This document shows, piece after piece, positions 38,733 to 49,893 of a stretch of DNA of 64,000 nucleotides (position 1 is the first letter of the stretch; each line of letters starts with the position of its first letter). The DNA lies in the NCBI GenBank assembly GCA_026770705.1, contig JANJGN010000021.1:99138001-99202000 (forward strand), in the 5' to 3' direction. Source of the stretch: Isurus oxyrinchus. Taxonomy: Eukaryota. The position numbers and the translations under genes are program-made. Under the pieces are notes generated by a model. The model worked only from the letters and a program-made list of their open reading frames with translations, had not been told where the DNA came from and did no database searches.

Positions 38733-39960
38733 CTAGCTGAAGGTTCTTTGGATTAAATTGTCCCGGGTGTCCCTGTGTCCTTGGTGCAGTAGCGGGTCAT
38801 CGTTCTGCCCCTCATCATTGCCCTGTGCTTCCTCATCCTCTGAGACACTGCTGGATTCATCATGTGCAGCCTCATCCAGGGCGTCAAGGTCTTCATCGTC
38901 AACTGCATCCCCCCTTTCCAGCACAAGATTGTGCAGAGCGCAGCATGCTACCACTATCAGGGGGACGCGATCTGGAGGGTACTGGAGTGCGCCCCCTGAG
39001 GGGTCCAGGTAACAGAAGCGCATCTTGAGAAGACCGATGGTTCTCTCCACCACAGTCCTTGTGGTGCCCTGGCTCCTATTGTAACGCTGCTCAGCTTCTG
39101 TTCTTGGATGGCGGAGAGGCGTCATGAGCCACCTTCTGAGGGGATAACCCTTGTCACCCAGCAGCCATCCATTCAGCTGAACCAGAGCACTGAAGAGCTC
39201 CAGCACTTGGGAGTGTCTGAGGACGTAGGTATCATGGGAGCTGCCTGGGTACCTTGCACAGACTTGTAAAATCTGCATCCTGTGGTCACACACTATCTGC
39301 ACATTCATGGAGTTCCTGTTGATGAAGGAACCGGGCTCACCCGCTGGCGCCTTGATGGCCACATGTGTACAGTCTATAGCACCCTGGACGCGGGGGAAGC
39401 CAGCAATGGCCGCAAAGCCTCTGGCTCACTCTATCTGACTTGCCTGGTCACAGTGGAAGTGGATGAAGATCGATACCCGTCTGAACAGAGCGTCTGTAAC
39501 CTGCTTGACACAAGTGTGGACAGCTGATTGGGAGACACCACAAAGATCACCCACCGAGCCCTGGAAGGAGCCTGAGGCATAGAAGTAGAGGGCAACTATG
39601 AGCTTCAGAGCCGTTGGCATGGGGTGTCCACCCACACTGTTAGGGGAAATCTCAGGGCCAATCATCTAATAGATATAGTTGACTGTCTCCCTTGAGAGAT
39701 GGAGCCTCCTTTGGCACTGCACCTCAGTCATATTGAGATAGCTGCTTCACCGCCTGTATACCCTGGCAGCAGGAGAGTGGCGTCTTCTATGGCCCCTTCC
39801 ACCTTGGACAACCTCTTGGTCCTACGCCCCTTGTGCCTGCGCCTGGCCTCCCAAAGCTGGCTCCCCTGGAGGCTGATTGTCCAGTCCTGGCCTCCACCTG
39901 ATTCTATCCCTCCCTTCCTCCTCAGGGGAGCTGTCTCCAGTGGAGAGGTCAGAACCCATA
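38733..39960 (-). pseudogene. Harbinger DDE transposase (HARBI1-like), disrupted
   Basis: ALYFYASGSFQ...GVSQSAVH; GAIDCTH; SMNVQIVCD; YPGSSHD; LLGDKGYP; [12 protein letters not shown]; stops at 39426-39428 and ~39666. Confidence 0.9.
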
Positions 39961-40411
39961 CCCAAGCTAAATGGAGGCCTCCGGAAAGCTGCAGGTCCGA
40001 TAAAGATTACTGTCTGCAGACTGGTTTCAAAGTACACAAGCAGCTCTTGGAAATCGATGAGAACTGCTAACAATCACACAGGCAACACTTTCAGCAATTA
40101 TAACTTCGTCATAAACATGAACAACCCCTCATGTCCCATATATCCCGACATTGCAAAAGTTTTCTTAAAAAAATCTCCTACCTGCCTGCCTGTTGGGCTC
40201 GTGCTCCGACCCGAAGTTCACACGGGCCCCTCAAAATCGTACATAATTGGCAAGTTAAGGGCTTTAACAAGCCCTTCAATTAAAGGTGGGCGAACTGATC
40301 GCGTCTGCCCACCAAAATATCGCGATGCTGCACGCTGACGTCGGCACACGTCACTTTATGCGCTGACGTGTAGGCTGCACCATCCACACGTCAGCCGGAA
40401 AATTCTGGCCC

Positions 40412-41590
40412 ATATGTTGATGCTCAGAGGGACTTGGGAGTACTCGCACAAGGAACACAGAAAGCCAGTAACAATAATTAAAGCAGAAAATGCTGGAAAC
40501 AGTCAGCAGGTCAGGCATCGTCTGTGGAGAGAAACTGTCTTAACGTTTCAGAACTGATGAAAGATCATCGACCAGAATCGAAAGCCTGTTTCTCTCTCCA
40601 CAGATGCTGCCTGACCTGCTGAGTATTTCAGCGTTTTCTGTTTCTTTTTCAGATTTCCAGCATCATCAGGATTTTGCCTTTTTGTTACAGAAAGTTAGCG
40701 TGCAGTTTCAGCAAGCTATTAGAGTAGCAAATGGCACATAAGTCTTTATTATGAGAATAAGGAAACATTGCTGCAATTGTGCAGGGTTTCGGTGAGATCC
40801 AGCTGGATGCTGTGTGCAGTTTTGGTCTCTATATCTCTTTTATGTCTTGGGTCTATGAGTTCACTAGTCGAGTAAACTCGAATTGCACGTCCTCATATAC
40901 CCTTGTTAGTTGATGCTCACTATTAATAATGGAGAGAGACTGACATAAGAACAATCTGTGATTGTTTATTGCAACAGAGGGCAGAATGCTAAATCCTCGC
41001 ATGCTCCCGCAACCACCTCCAGCTCTAGACTTACAGTGAACCAGGAGCCCACACTGTACAGTGATTGTTCAGCACTGTCACATCGTTAGTCCACTTGCAT
41101 TCTCATTAAGGTACATGGCACTCCACTTTACCACAATCTCAGAAAGAACGAATTTGCATTGGAGGCGATACAGCGAAGACTTGCTCCTGGGATGAGAAGG
41201 TCATCCAATGACGAGAGGCTGAGTAAATTGGGTCTGTACTCTCTGAAGTTTAGAAGAATGAGAGATGATCCCATTGAAACATTCTGAACGGGTAGAGTAG
41301 ACTCTGAAAGGTTTTCTCTGCTGGCTGGGGAATCTAGAACATGGAGGCACAAAGGATGATCAGTCCAGAGTGAGCTGGGGAGAAATTTCTACACTCACAG
41401 GGCTGGAATTCTCTACCCCAGAGGGTTGTGGATGCCCCATCGTTGAGTATATTTAAGGCTGGGATAGATTGTGGTCTCTCAGTAAATGAAGGGATTATGG
41501 GGACCAGGCAGGAAAATGGAGTACAGGCAAAAGATCAGCCATGCTCACACAGAATGACACCACATGTTCGAGGAGCTATATGGCCTATTG
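40412..41590 (+). mobile_element. CR1-type LINE 3' part, continuing 34600-34735 and 35338-35375
   Basis: QRDLGV motif at 40425; ERLSKLGLYSL...RRMR at ~41215; interrupted by nested elements. Confidence 0.7.
40465..40686. mobile_element. Fold-back mini element derived from a Penelope-like terminus
   Basis: Inverted arms CAGAAAATGCTG...GTCAGGCA..TCTGTGGAGAGA / TCTCTCCACAGATGCTGCCTGACC...TTTTCTG; central CTGATGA; TSD ACAGAAAG at 40457-40464 and 40687-40694. Confidence 0.7.
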
Positions 41591-41797
41591 ATGCTGTTTC
41601 TTTCCTTCTGTTTTTCACCCTGTTTTCTATCCCTTAGCCAATTTTGTTTACATCCTGCTGCCGCCTATTTTATCTCATGAGTTTTAGTTTTAGCAACAGG
41701 CCTATCACATAGTAGTTTCTTCCCTTCATTGAACAAGAGAGCAACAATTGCAATCCTCCAGTTCCCTGATTTTTGATCTTGGTTTGGCCATTGACAG

Positions 41798-42070
41798 GAA
41801 TCCATGTTTTCCAATGGATCACTATTATTGAGGTCACTGAAGATGGATCCATGAAGAGATCGATGCGGTATGGATTTGATGGAAAGGACTATATTAGTTT
41901 AGAGCCAGACAGAATGAGATGGGTCGCCACCAATCACATTGCAGTGAAGACTAAAGAGAAATGGAATTCCGATGACTCCTGGAACAAATATTGGAAATGG
42001 CAGTTGGAAATAGGTGTCCAGAATTTAAATACATATTTACAAGCTGGAAAGGAATATTTCAAAAGGAAAG
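41798..42070 (+). CDS. Gene B exon 3 (MHC class I alpha2; no cysteines)
   Basis: ttgacag acceptor, AAG|gtattt donor, 273 bp; GIHVFQW...YGFDGKDYISL...W...TKEKWN...YLQAGKEYFKRK. Confidence 0.93.
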
Positions 42071-42183
42071 GTATTTATATCAGTTTTGACCCCATTTTCT
42101 GATCCAACTTCACTGGTCTATGAAAGCGTTCTCCCATTATATTCCACGTCTATAGTTTGTGTTTTCACGCTTTCCCAATACAG

Positions 42184-42462
42184 TTCAGCCTGAAGTGTTC
42201 ATCTCCAGAAGTGACCCCAATAGTCAGTACAAGCCGCTCACTCTCTCCTGCCTGGTTACTGGGTTTTATCCTGTAGACATCGAGGTGAGCTGGCTAAGGA
42301 ATGGAGAGGTAATGTCTGAGACACTATCCTCGGGGGTTCGACCCAACCACGATGGGACCCATCAGATCCAGAAAGAGATTGAAATAAATGCTGGGGATGA
42401 GGATCAATACTCCTGTCAAATTGAACACAGCAGCCTGGCAGAGAGCAAGCTCTATCAGTGGG
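42184..42462 (+). CDS. Gene B exon 4 (alpha3, C1-set Ig)
   Basis: VQPEVF...LSCLVTGFYPVDIEVSWLRNG...PNHDGTHQ...YSCQIEHSSL...W; cag acceptor, G|gtaa donor. Confidence 0.96.
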
Positions 42463-42466
42463 GTAA

Positions 42467-42845
42467 NNNNNNNNNNNNNNNNNNNNNNNNNNNNNNNNNN
42501 NNNNNNNNNNNNNNNNNNNNNNNNNNNNNNNNNNNNNNNNNNNNNNNNNNNNNNNNNNNNNNNNNNNNNNNNNNNNNNNNNNNNNNNNNNNNNNNNNNNN
42601 NNNNNNNNNNNNNNNNNNNNNNNNNNNNNNNNNNNNNNNNNNNNNNNNNNNNNNNNNNNNNNNNNNNNNNNNNNNNNNNNNNNNNNNNNNNNNNNNNNNN
42701 NNNNNNNNNNNNNNNNNNNNNNNNNNNNNNNNNNNNNNNNNNNNNNNNNNNNNNNNNNNNNNNNNNNNNNNNNNNNNNNNNNNNNNNNNNNNNNNNNNNN
42801 NNNNNNNNNNNNNNNNNNNNNNNNNNNNNNNNNNNNNNNNNNNNN
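42467..42845. other. Assembly gap (N run) in gene B intron 4
   Basis: Run of n. Confidence 1.
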
Positions 42846-43019
42846 GATTAAGCCATAGCTTTTACTGATGTGTGAACACAGCCAAAAATCTCTTTGCTTT
42901 TTAACTTCTTCTAGATTCTGGACTAGATTCCAATTTGTCTTTCCCAGATTTAATGTGGATAATGCCACACTTCCCCATATTGGGGACAACTGTAGGAGAT
43001 GAAAATAACTCATTCAATC

Positions 43020-43460
43020 TGTCAATCTTCCTTTACTGTGTCTCCTAACTTAGTGCCATCTGTAAACTTGGATATACAACTCTCTGTTCCTGCATCCAAA
43101 TCATGAATATAGACGGTGAAAAGCTGAGGCCCCAGGACAGATCCCTGGGGAATACAATTTATGACATCCTGCCAATGGGAGCACATTCCCTTTATCCCCA
43201 TTCTCTGTCTCCGACCTCCCATCCAATTTTTTACCCCATGTCAAAGATCATCTCCATTTCCAAACACTCTGATTATTGTCAATAATCTCTTGTGTGGAAC
43301 CCGATCAATGACCTTCTAGAAGTCCATCTAGACCAGATCCATAGACACTCCCTTATCCACCATGTTACTGAGCTCCTCATAAAATTCAATGAGATGAGTC
43401 AGACATGAGCTCCCATTCACAAATCCATCCTGTCTCTCTTTGATCAGCTGATCTTTGTCT
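43020..43460 (-). mobile_element. CR1-type RT fragment in gene B intron 4
   Basis: IPQGSVLGPQLFTVYIHDLD...KFTDGTKL. Confidence 0.8.
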
Positions 43461-44036
43461 AAGTATCTGGAACTCAATCTCTGGATATTTGTGGAGATTT
43501 TTCTTTGATCTGGATTCTCTCACTTATTTCCTGTGTTGACCATGGTGGGTTCACAGCAGTAGTCTAGGACTAAGTCCTGCTGTTGGATTGTACTGAGTGC
43601 TTCTTCTGAAGTGTTTACTCTGTTTAGCTGTGGTTTTCCTCATTATCAGCTCAGCCCAGTTTCCTGCGGTCAGTTTCTAGCTCATCCCTTTGAAGTTTGA
43701 TGTGAAAAGCATCAGTGATGCTGCCTCCTGGGCCGTACAATGTAACCCTGGGGATTGAACAAGGACAGGACACTGAGACATCGGGGAGAATTAGAACTGA
43801 ACTATCCGGGAAGGGAACCCACGGGATTGGGACAACACGGCTTTTCCACCACCATCAATGGGACACTTTAGTGACTTGACTGGAGAGTGAAATCGGCGAG
43901 TGGAAAACCAGCGTTTCAACCAATCCCATCAATTCCCAATGGGCAGCTTTGGTTAAAATTGTCCCCAAATAAGACAGAACTGGGAATGGATCCGGGAACA
44001 GAGAGACAATCCTGATAGTATTCAAATGTGTTTCAG

Positions 44037-44153
44037 ACATCCCGGGAAACAGTGCAGGACGCTCCCATCTTGGAATGATATTTGGATTAGTCGCATTACT
44101 GGCTGCTCTACTTCTGATAATCGGAATAATCAACTGGAAAAGCAAACAGAAAG
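44037..44153 (+). CDS. Gene B exon 5 (connecting peptide/TM)
   Basis: tttcag acceptor, AAG|gtaaga donor; DIPGNSAGRSHLGMIFGLVALLAALLLIIGIINWKSKQK; missed by the ORF track. Confidence 0.88.
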
Positions 44154-44164
44154 GTAAGAATCAG

Positions 44165-44505
44165 AGAGAGGGGAATGAGGAACTGAGGGGACAGAGTGAG
44201 TGTGGGGGAATCTCCAGTACTGGGAGTACAGGACACTGAGAGGGGAGAGTGAGAGAGAGGGGAATGTGGAACTGAGGGGGCAGAGTGAATGTAGAGTAAT
44301 CTCCAGTACTGGGAGTACAGGACACTGAGAGAGGAGAGTGAGAGAGAGGGGAATGAGGAACTGAAGGGACAGAGTGAGCATGGGGGGAACCTCCTGTACT
44401 GGGAGTACAGGACACTGAGAGGGGAGAGTGAGAGAGAGGGGAATGTGGAACTGAGGAGACAGAGTGAGTGTGGAGAATTCTCCAGTACTGGGAGTACAGG
44501 ACACT
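44165..44505. repeat. ~89-bp tandem repeat in intron 5 (~4 copies; ~2 copies in gene C at 55800-55965)
   Basis: Recurrent CTCCAGTACTGGGAGTACAGGACACTG. Confidence 0.9.
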
Positions 44506-44829
44506 GTGTTGAATGGAACTGATTTAATTCCTACACACAAATACACACGTATAAACACATTTTGTTCCCTGTCTGACATTCCTTTGGGTGATCAGCCCAG
44601 ACCAGGTCTAATATTGATCACTAAACCCACCACACACACTCACATCCTCACCTACTGAATATCGATGGAATGAAACAGATCGACAGGATCTCCATAAAGT
44701 GTACGGATGGAGGGGAGTGTGGGATTGAGTATTTCTTACACAATCTCCATTCCCTCACACTTGTTGTGTTCTCACTCTCTGATAATGGATTATTCCCCAT
44801 TCTAACTGACATTTATTTTGCTTCTGCAG

Positions 44830-44862
44830 ATTCACCGAGTGTGACCTACACAACAGCTCAGA
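44830..44862 (+). CDS. Gene B exon 6 (cytoplasmic, Tyr motif)
   Basis: ctgcag acceptor, A|gtaagt donor; DSPSVTYTTAQ; paralogous exon in C. Confidence 0.85.
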
Positions 44863-45204
44863 GTAAGTGACTGAGGGACAGATAGTTGGGAATGAAATAG
44901 GAGGGATTGAAAGTTGTAGAATTACATTCTCCTGGGAATTCTCTGGAAGGAGATTCTCGATCCCACAGAGAAACAATCGGAAAGATGTGACTGGTCTTTG
45001 AAGTTGTTTTTCCAGATTTCACTCGGTTCCTCTGATAATCCGACAGCAACAGGGAAATTATGGACCCTTGTTCTGTTGGGTTTGTGAATTATTTTACAAT
45101 ATTGATGAACATTAATTGCACCAAGTATTGAAATAATTATCAGAGACTTTGTTATTTTCACGACGTTGACTAGGTCAGTCTAGAATTGGGTTCAGAATAG
45201 AGAC

Positions 45205-45797
45205 ATCTCCACCCCCTCCCTCTCCACCCCCTCCCTCTCCACTCCCTCCCTCTCCACTCCCTCCCTCTCCACTCCCTCCCTCTCCACCCTCTCCCCCTCC
45301 ACCCCCTCCCTCTCCACTCCTTCCCTCTCCACCCCCTCCCTCTCCACCCCCTCCCTCTCCACTCCTTCCCTCTCCACCCCCTCCCTCTCCACTCCTTCCC
45401 TCTCCACTACCTCCCTCTCCACCCCCTCCCACTCCACTTCCTCCCTCTCCACTCCCACCCTCTCCACTCCCACCCTCTCCACTCCTGCCTTCTCCACTCC
45501 CTCCCTCTCCACTCCCTCCCTCCCCACTCCCTTCTTCCCCACTCACTCCCTCTCCACTCCCTCTTTCTCCACTCCCTCCCTCTCCACTCTCTCCCTCTCC
45601 ACTCCCTCCTTCCCCACTCCCGCCCTCTCCACTCCCTCCCTCTCCACTCCACTCCCTCTCCACTCCCTCCCTCTCCACTCCCTCCCTCTCCACTCCACTC
45701 CCTCTCTACTCCCTCCCTCTCCACTACCTCCCTCTCCACTCCCTCCCTCTCCACTCTCTCCTTCTCCACTCCCTCCCTCTCCACTCCCTCCTCTCCA
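45205..45797. repeat. 15-bp pyrimidine minisatellite
   Basis: (CTCCACTCCCTCCCT)n, ~39 units. Confidence 0.95.
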
Positions 45798-45924
45798 CAC
45801 CTGGAGTCACTGACTCAGGGAGATGAACATAAGAAATAGGAACAGAAATGGGCCATTTGGCTGCTCAGACATGATCCACCATTCAATAAGTTCATGACTG
45901 ATCCTCAACAGCAACAGGAGACAA

Positions 45925-48680
45925 TGAATCACAGAATCACAGAATTGTTACAGTGCCGATGGAGGCCATTTGGCCCATCGTGTCTGCACCGGCTCTCCGA
46001 ATGAGCATTATGACTTAGTGCCATTCTCCTGTCTTTCCCCCGCACCCTTACACATTCTTCCCTTTCAGATAACGGTCTAATTCTCTTTTGAATGCTGCAT
46101 TTGAACCTGCCTCCACCACACTCGCAGGCAGTGCATTCCAAACCTTAACCACTCACTGTGTGAAATGTTTTTTCCTCATCTCACTTTTGCTTCTTTCGCT
46201 AATTACTTTAAACCTCTGCTCTCTCTTCCTGGATCCTTTCACAAGTAGGTACAGGTTCTCCATATCTACTCTGTCCAGACCCCTCATAATTTTGAAGATC
46301 TCAATTAAATCTCCTCTCAACCTGCTTTTCTCCAACTAAAACATTCATAACTTCTCCAATCTATCTTCATAACTGATGTTTCTCATCCTGGAACCACTCT
46401 CATGAATCTTTTCTGCCCTCTCTCCAATGCCTTCACATTCTTCCTAAATTGTGATGCCCACAACTGTACTCAAGACTCCAGCTGAGTTCTTACTAGTGTC
46501 ATATACAAGTTCATCTTCACCTCCTTGCTCTTTTACTCTGCGTCCCTAATAATAAAGCCCAGGCTGCCGTATGTTGTATTTGCCACGCTCTCAACCTGCC
46601 GTGCCACCTTCAATGCACATGTACACCCAGTTCCCTCTGATCCTGCAACCTCTTTAGAGTTATACCCCTATTTTATACTGTCTCTCCATGTTCCTTCAAA
46701 CAAAATTAATCACTTCACATTTCTCTACATTGAACTTTATCTTCCACCTATCCATTCATTCCACTAACTTGTCGATATCCCTTTGACGTTTTTCATTATC
46801 CCCTCACAGTTCACAATGTCTCCGAGTTTTGTATCATTCACAAACATTGAAATTGTGTCTTGTCCACCAAGGCCTTGGTCATTACTGTAGATCAGGAGAA
46901 ACAGTGGTCCCAACACTGACCCCTGGGAAACTCCCCTACAAACCTTCCCCCAGTCTGCAAAACATCCATTAACCACAACTCTCTGTTTCCTGTCACTCAG
47001 TTAATTCCATATCCATGTTGCTCCTGTCCTTTTTATTCTAAGAGCTATAACTTTGCTCACACATTTGTTATGTGGAACTGTATCAAATGCCTTTTGGAAG
47101 TCCGTGTTCACCACATCAACATCATTGTCCTCATCAATCCTCTTTGTTACCGGTTCAAAACACTCCAGCAAGTTAGTTCAACATGATTTTCCCTTAAGAA
47201 ATCCAAGTTAGCTTTCTTTATTAAACCGGCATTTGTCCACATGACTATTAACTTTATCCTGAATGATTGTTTCTAGAATTTTCCCCAGCACCGAAGTTAA
47301 ACTGACTGGTCCTTCCAGCCTTTTTTGAACATTTGCCATTCTCCAGTCCTCTGGCACCACCCCTGAGACTATGGAAGATGATAAATTATGGCCAGTGCCG
47401 CTGCAATTTCCACTCTCTCTTCTCACATTATCCTTGGGTGCATCTCATCCAGTCCCAGTGCCTTATCAACTCTAAGTACAGGCAGCCTATCTGATGCCTC
47501 CTCTTCAATTTTAAACTCCTCTGGTGTCGAAATTGCATTCTCTTATATCATGGCTTGTTTGGCTCCTTCTTCCTTTGTAAAGACAGATACAAAATATTCA
47601 TTTCATACCTCAGATATTCTCTCTGCCTCCATGTGTAAAACCCCTTTTTGGTCCCCATCATCTCTACTCCTCCTTTTAGTCATCCTTTTACTATTTACCT
47701 GCCTATATAAGACTTTGGGATTCCCTTTTATATTACCTGCCTGTCTCTTTTCATACTCACTCTTTGCTTCCCTTATTTACTTCTTCACGTCTCCCTTGAG
47801 CCTTCTATATTCAGCCTGGTTCTCACTGTTAGTTTCTGCCTGACACCTGTCACAAGCACACGATCTTAATTTCTACCTCCTTTGTCATCCAGGCAGCTCT
47901 GGGTTTGTTTGCTCTCCCTTTCCCTTTCGAGGGAATATACCTTGACTGTGCCTGAACTATCTCTTCTTTGCAGGCAGCCCGTTGACTATTGGCTGTTTTT
48001 CCTGCCAACCTTTGACTCACATTTATTCCAATTTTTCCATCGTCAGCCTAAACCTTATGATACAATGACCACTCTCCCTGAAATACTTTCCTATTGCTAC
48101 TTGATCCATTTGGCCCAACTCATTTCCAGGAGCCAGGTCTAATTGTGCCTCCATTCTTGTTGGACTGGATGTAGACTGCTGGAGGAAATAATCCAGAACA
48201 CAATCTAGTAATTCGACCCTTCATGCTAATACTATCCCAGTCTATATCTGAATAATTAAAGTTCCCCATTGCACGTGCATTATCTTTTCTGGGCCTCTCT
48301 GTAAGTTCCTTGCAAATTTGTTCCTCTACATCTTTCCCATTGCTTGTGGACCTACAGCGTACACAGAGCAATGTAACTGCACCCTTTTTGTTACTTATCT
48401 CTAGCCTAACACCTTCTCTCCTTGACCCCTCTGGGCCATCCTCATTCTCCAGCACTACAATACTTCCCTTAAACAATAGCACCACCCCTCCTCCTTTTCG
48501 TCCTTTCCTATCTTTCTTGAACACCTTCTATCGAGGGATGTTTAATGCCCAGTCGTGCAGTTCTTTGTGCCAGGACTCTGATATAGGCACAACATCACAA
48601 TTCCCCATGGTAACCTGTACCTGAAACTCACCAATCTTATTTATCACACTCTGTACATTCACACACATGCACTGTAACCC
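45925..48680 (-). mobile_element. CR1-type LINE, decayed
   Basis: KKDRKGRKGGGVVL; GNFNYSDIDW; PEDWRMANV; GVSQGSVLGPLF; EKSRLRGDLIEIFKIM. Confidence 0.9.
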
Positions 48681-49706
48681 TGAATTAGACTCCATTAATT
48701 TCTTTTATTCTGACCCCAACTATTAACTTCTGATTCCCTGCTCTAGTGCGATCTATCTTTCCCAGTATTCTGTGCACCTTGGCATCTCCTGCTTCCCACA
48801 TTCCTGCCAAGTTACTTAAAAGCCTTCCCAACCTCCCTTGGAAAACTTCAAACTGTCCCCTTGGAACAGAGAAGGTTAAGAGGTCATTTAATAGAGAGAT
48901 TCCAGATGAAGAAAGGTTTTGACAGAGTAGATGGGGAAAAATGAGTCTGTCTGGTGAGTGATCGATAATGAGAGGTTATAGATTTACAATCATTGCTCAG
49001 TGATCCAGAGAGGAGAAGAGGAGAAATGTTTTTCACTCTGGGACGTCGGGATCTGGAACGCTGCACCTGAAAATGTGGTGGAAGCTGATCCCATAAATAA
49101 TATTAAAAGGAATTGAACTGAGCGTGAGGAACTTACAGGGACAAAGACAAAAAGTTGGAATCTGGGTTGTTTCAAAGAGCCAGCAGGGGAAGATGGGCAG
49201 AATGGTTTCCTTTTGTGCTGAAAGTTATTATGGTTCTAGGGGACTTCACTTCAACCCGGTTACAATTCCACGTTCCCACTTCATTCCCAGATCCCTTGAT
49301 CCCCTCAGTGCTGCAGAATCGATGGATCTTAGTGCTGAATGTACTCATCACCTGATCATCCACAACCCTCTGGATAGACAATTCCAAAGATTCACAACTC
49401 TCTGAGTGAAGACATTTCTCCATCTCAGCCCAAACTGACTGATCCCTTATCCTGAGACTGGGAATCCTGGATCTAGACTCTCCAGACAGGGGAAAGAGTT
49501 TCTCAATGTCTTCCCCGTCAAATCCTCTCAGAATTTTATCTGTTTCAATGAGATCACCTCTTAGTCAAGTCAATACCGGAGAAGATAGGAACATTCTACT
49601 CAAATTCCACAGCAGGATTCACTGTCCTTCTCCAGTCAATTATCCTCCACTCCCTCACCATCCACTCTCTCACCCTCCATTCTCTCACCCTCTTTTATTT
49701 TCTCAG

Positions 49707-49744
49707 TTTCTGATGTCACTGTTCCAGAACGATCCAAGACCTAA
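49707..49744 (+). CDS. Candidate gene B terminal cytoplasmic exon (option 1)
   Basis: Strong polypyrimidine acceptor ttttctcag; phase 1 gives ISDVTVPERSKT*. Confidence 0.4.
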
Positions 49745-49782
49745 AGGGGAGCCGATGATGTAATGGTATTGTTGCAGCACTA

Positions 49783-49893
49783 ACAAAAACAGAATTACCT
49801 GGAAAAACTCAGCAGGTCTGGCAGCATCGGCGGAGAAGAAAAGAGTTGACGTTTCGAGTCCTCATGACCCTTCGACAGAACTTGATTAGAGAT
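49783..49893 (-). mobile_element. 111-bp PLE terminus carrying a hammerhead (49844-49882), inserted in a SINE
   Basis: TSD TTGCAGCACTA at 49772-49782 and 49894-49904; reverse complement CTGTCGA...GAAACGTC. Confidence 0.8.

Larger units (their letters stand above)
35376..40410. mobile_element. Full-length PIF/Harbinger DNA transposon (~5.0 kb)
   Basis: Perfect 15-bp TIR GGCCAGAATTTTCCG (35376-35390) / CGGAAAATTCTGGCC (40396-40410); encodes convergent Myb-like and transposase genes. Confidence 0.92.

Noticed and set aside
38733-39665. Domesticated host gene HARBI1
   Set aside because: Lies between intact TIRs, paired with a Myb gene, with stops and a small deletion; it is a transposon copy
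42159-43013. 230-aa ORFs spanning the N run
   Set aside because: Length is an artefact of the gap; only 42184-42462 is coding
15749-44862. Naming gene B as UAA, MR1, CD1, ZAG or W-category
   Set aside because: Anchor residues and the alpha2 disulfide are lost (not classical); the three-domain class I layout is not W-type; orthology needs a phylogeny
45175-45800. GSGEG / EREGV repeat ORFs
   Set aside because: Translations of the 15-bp tandem repeat
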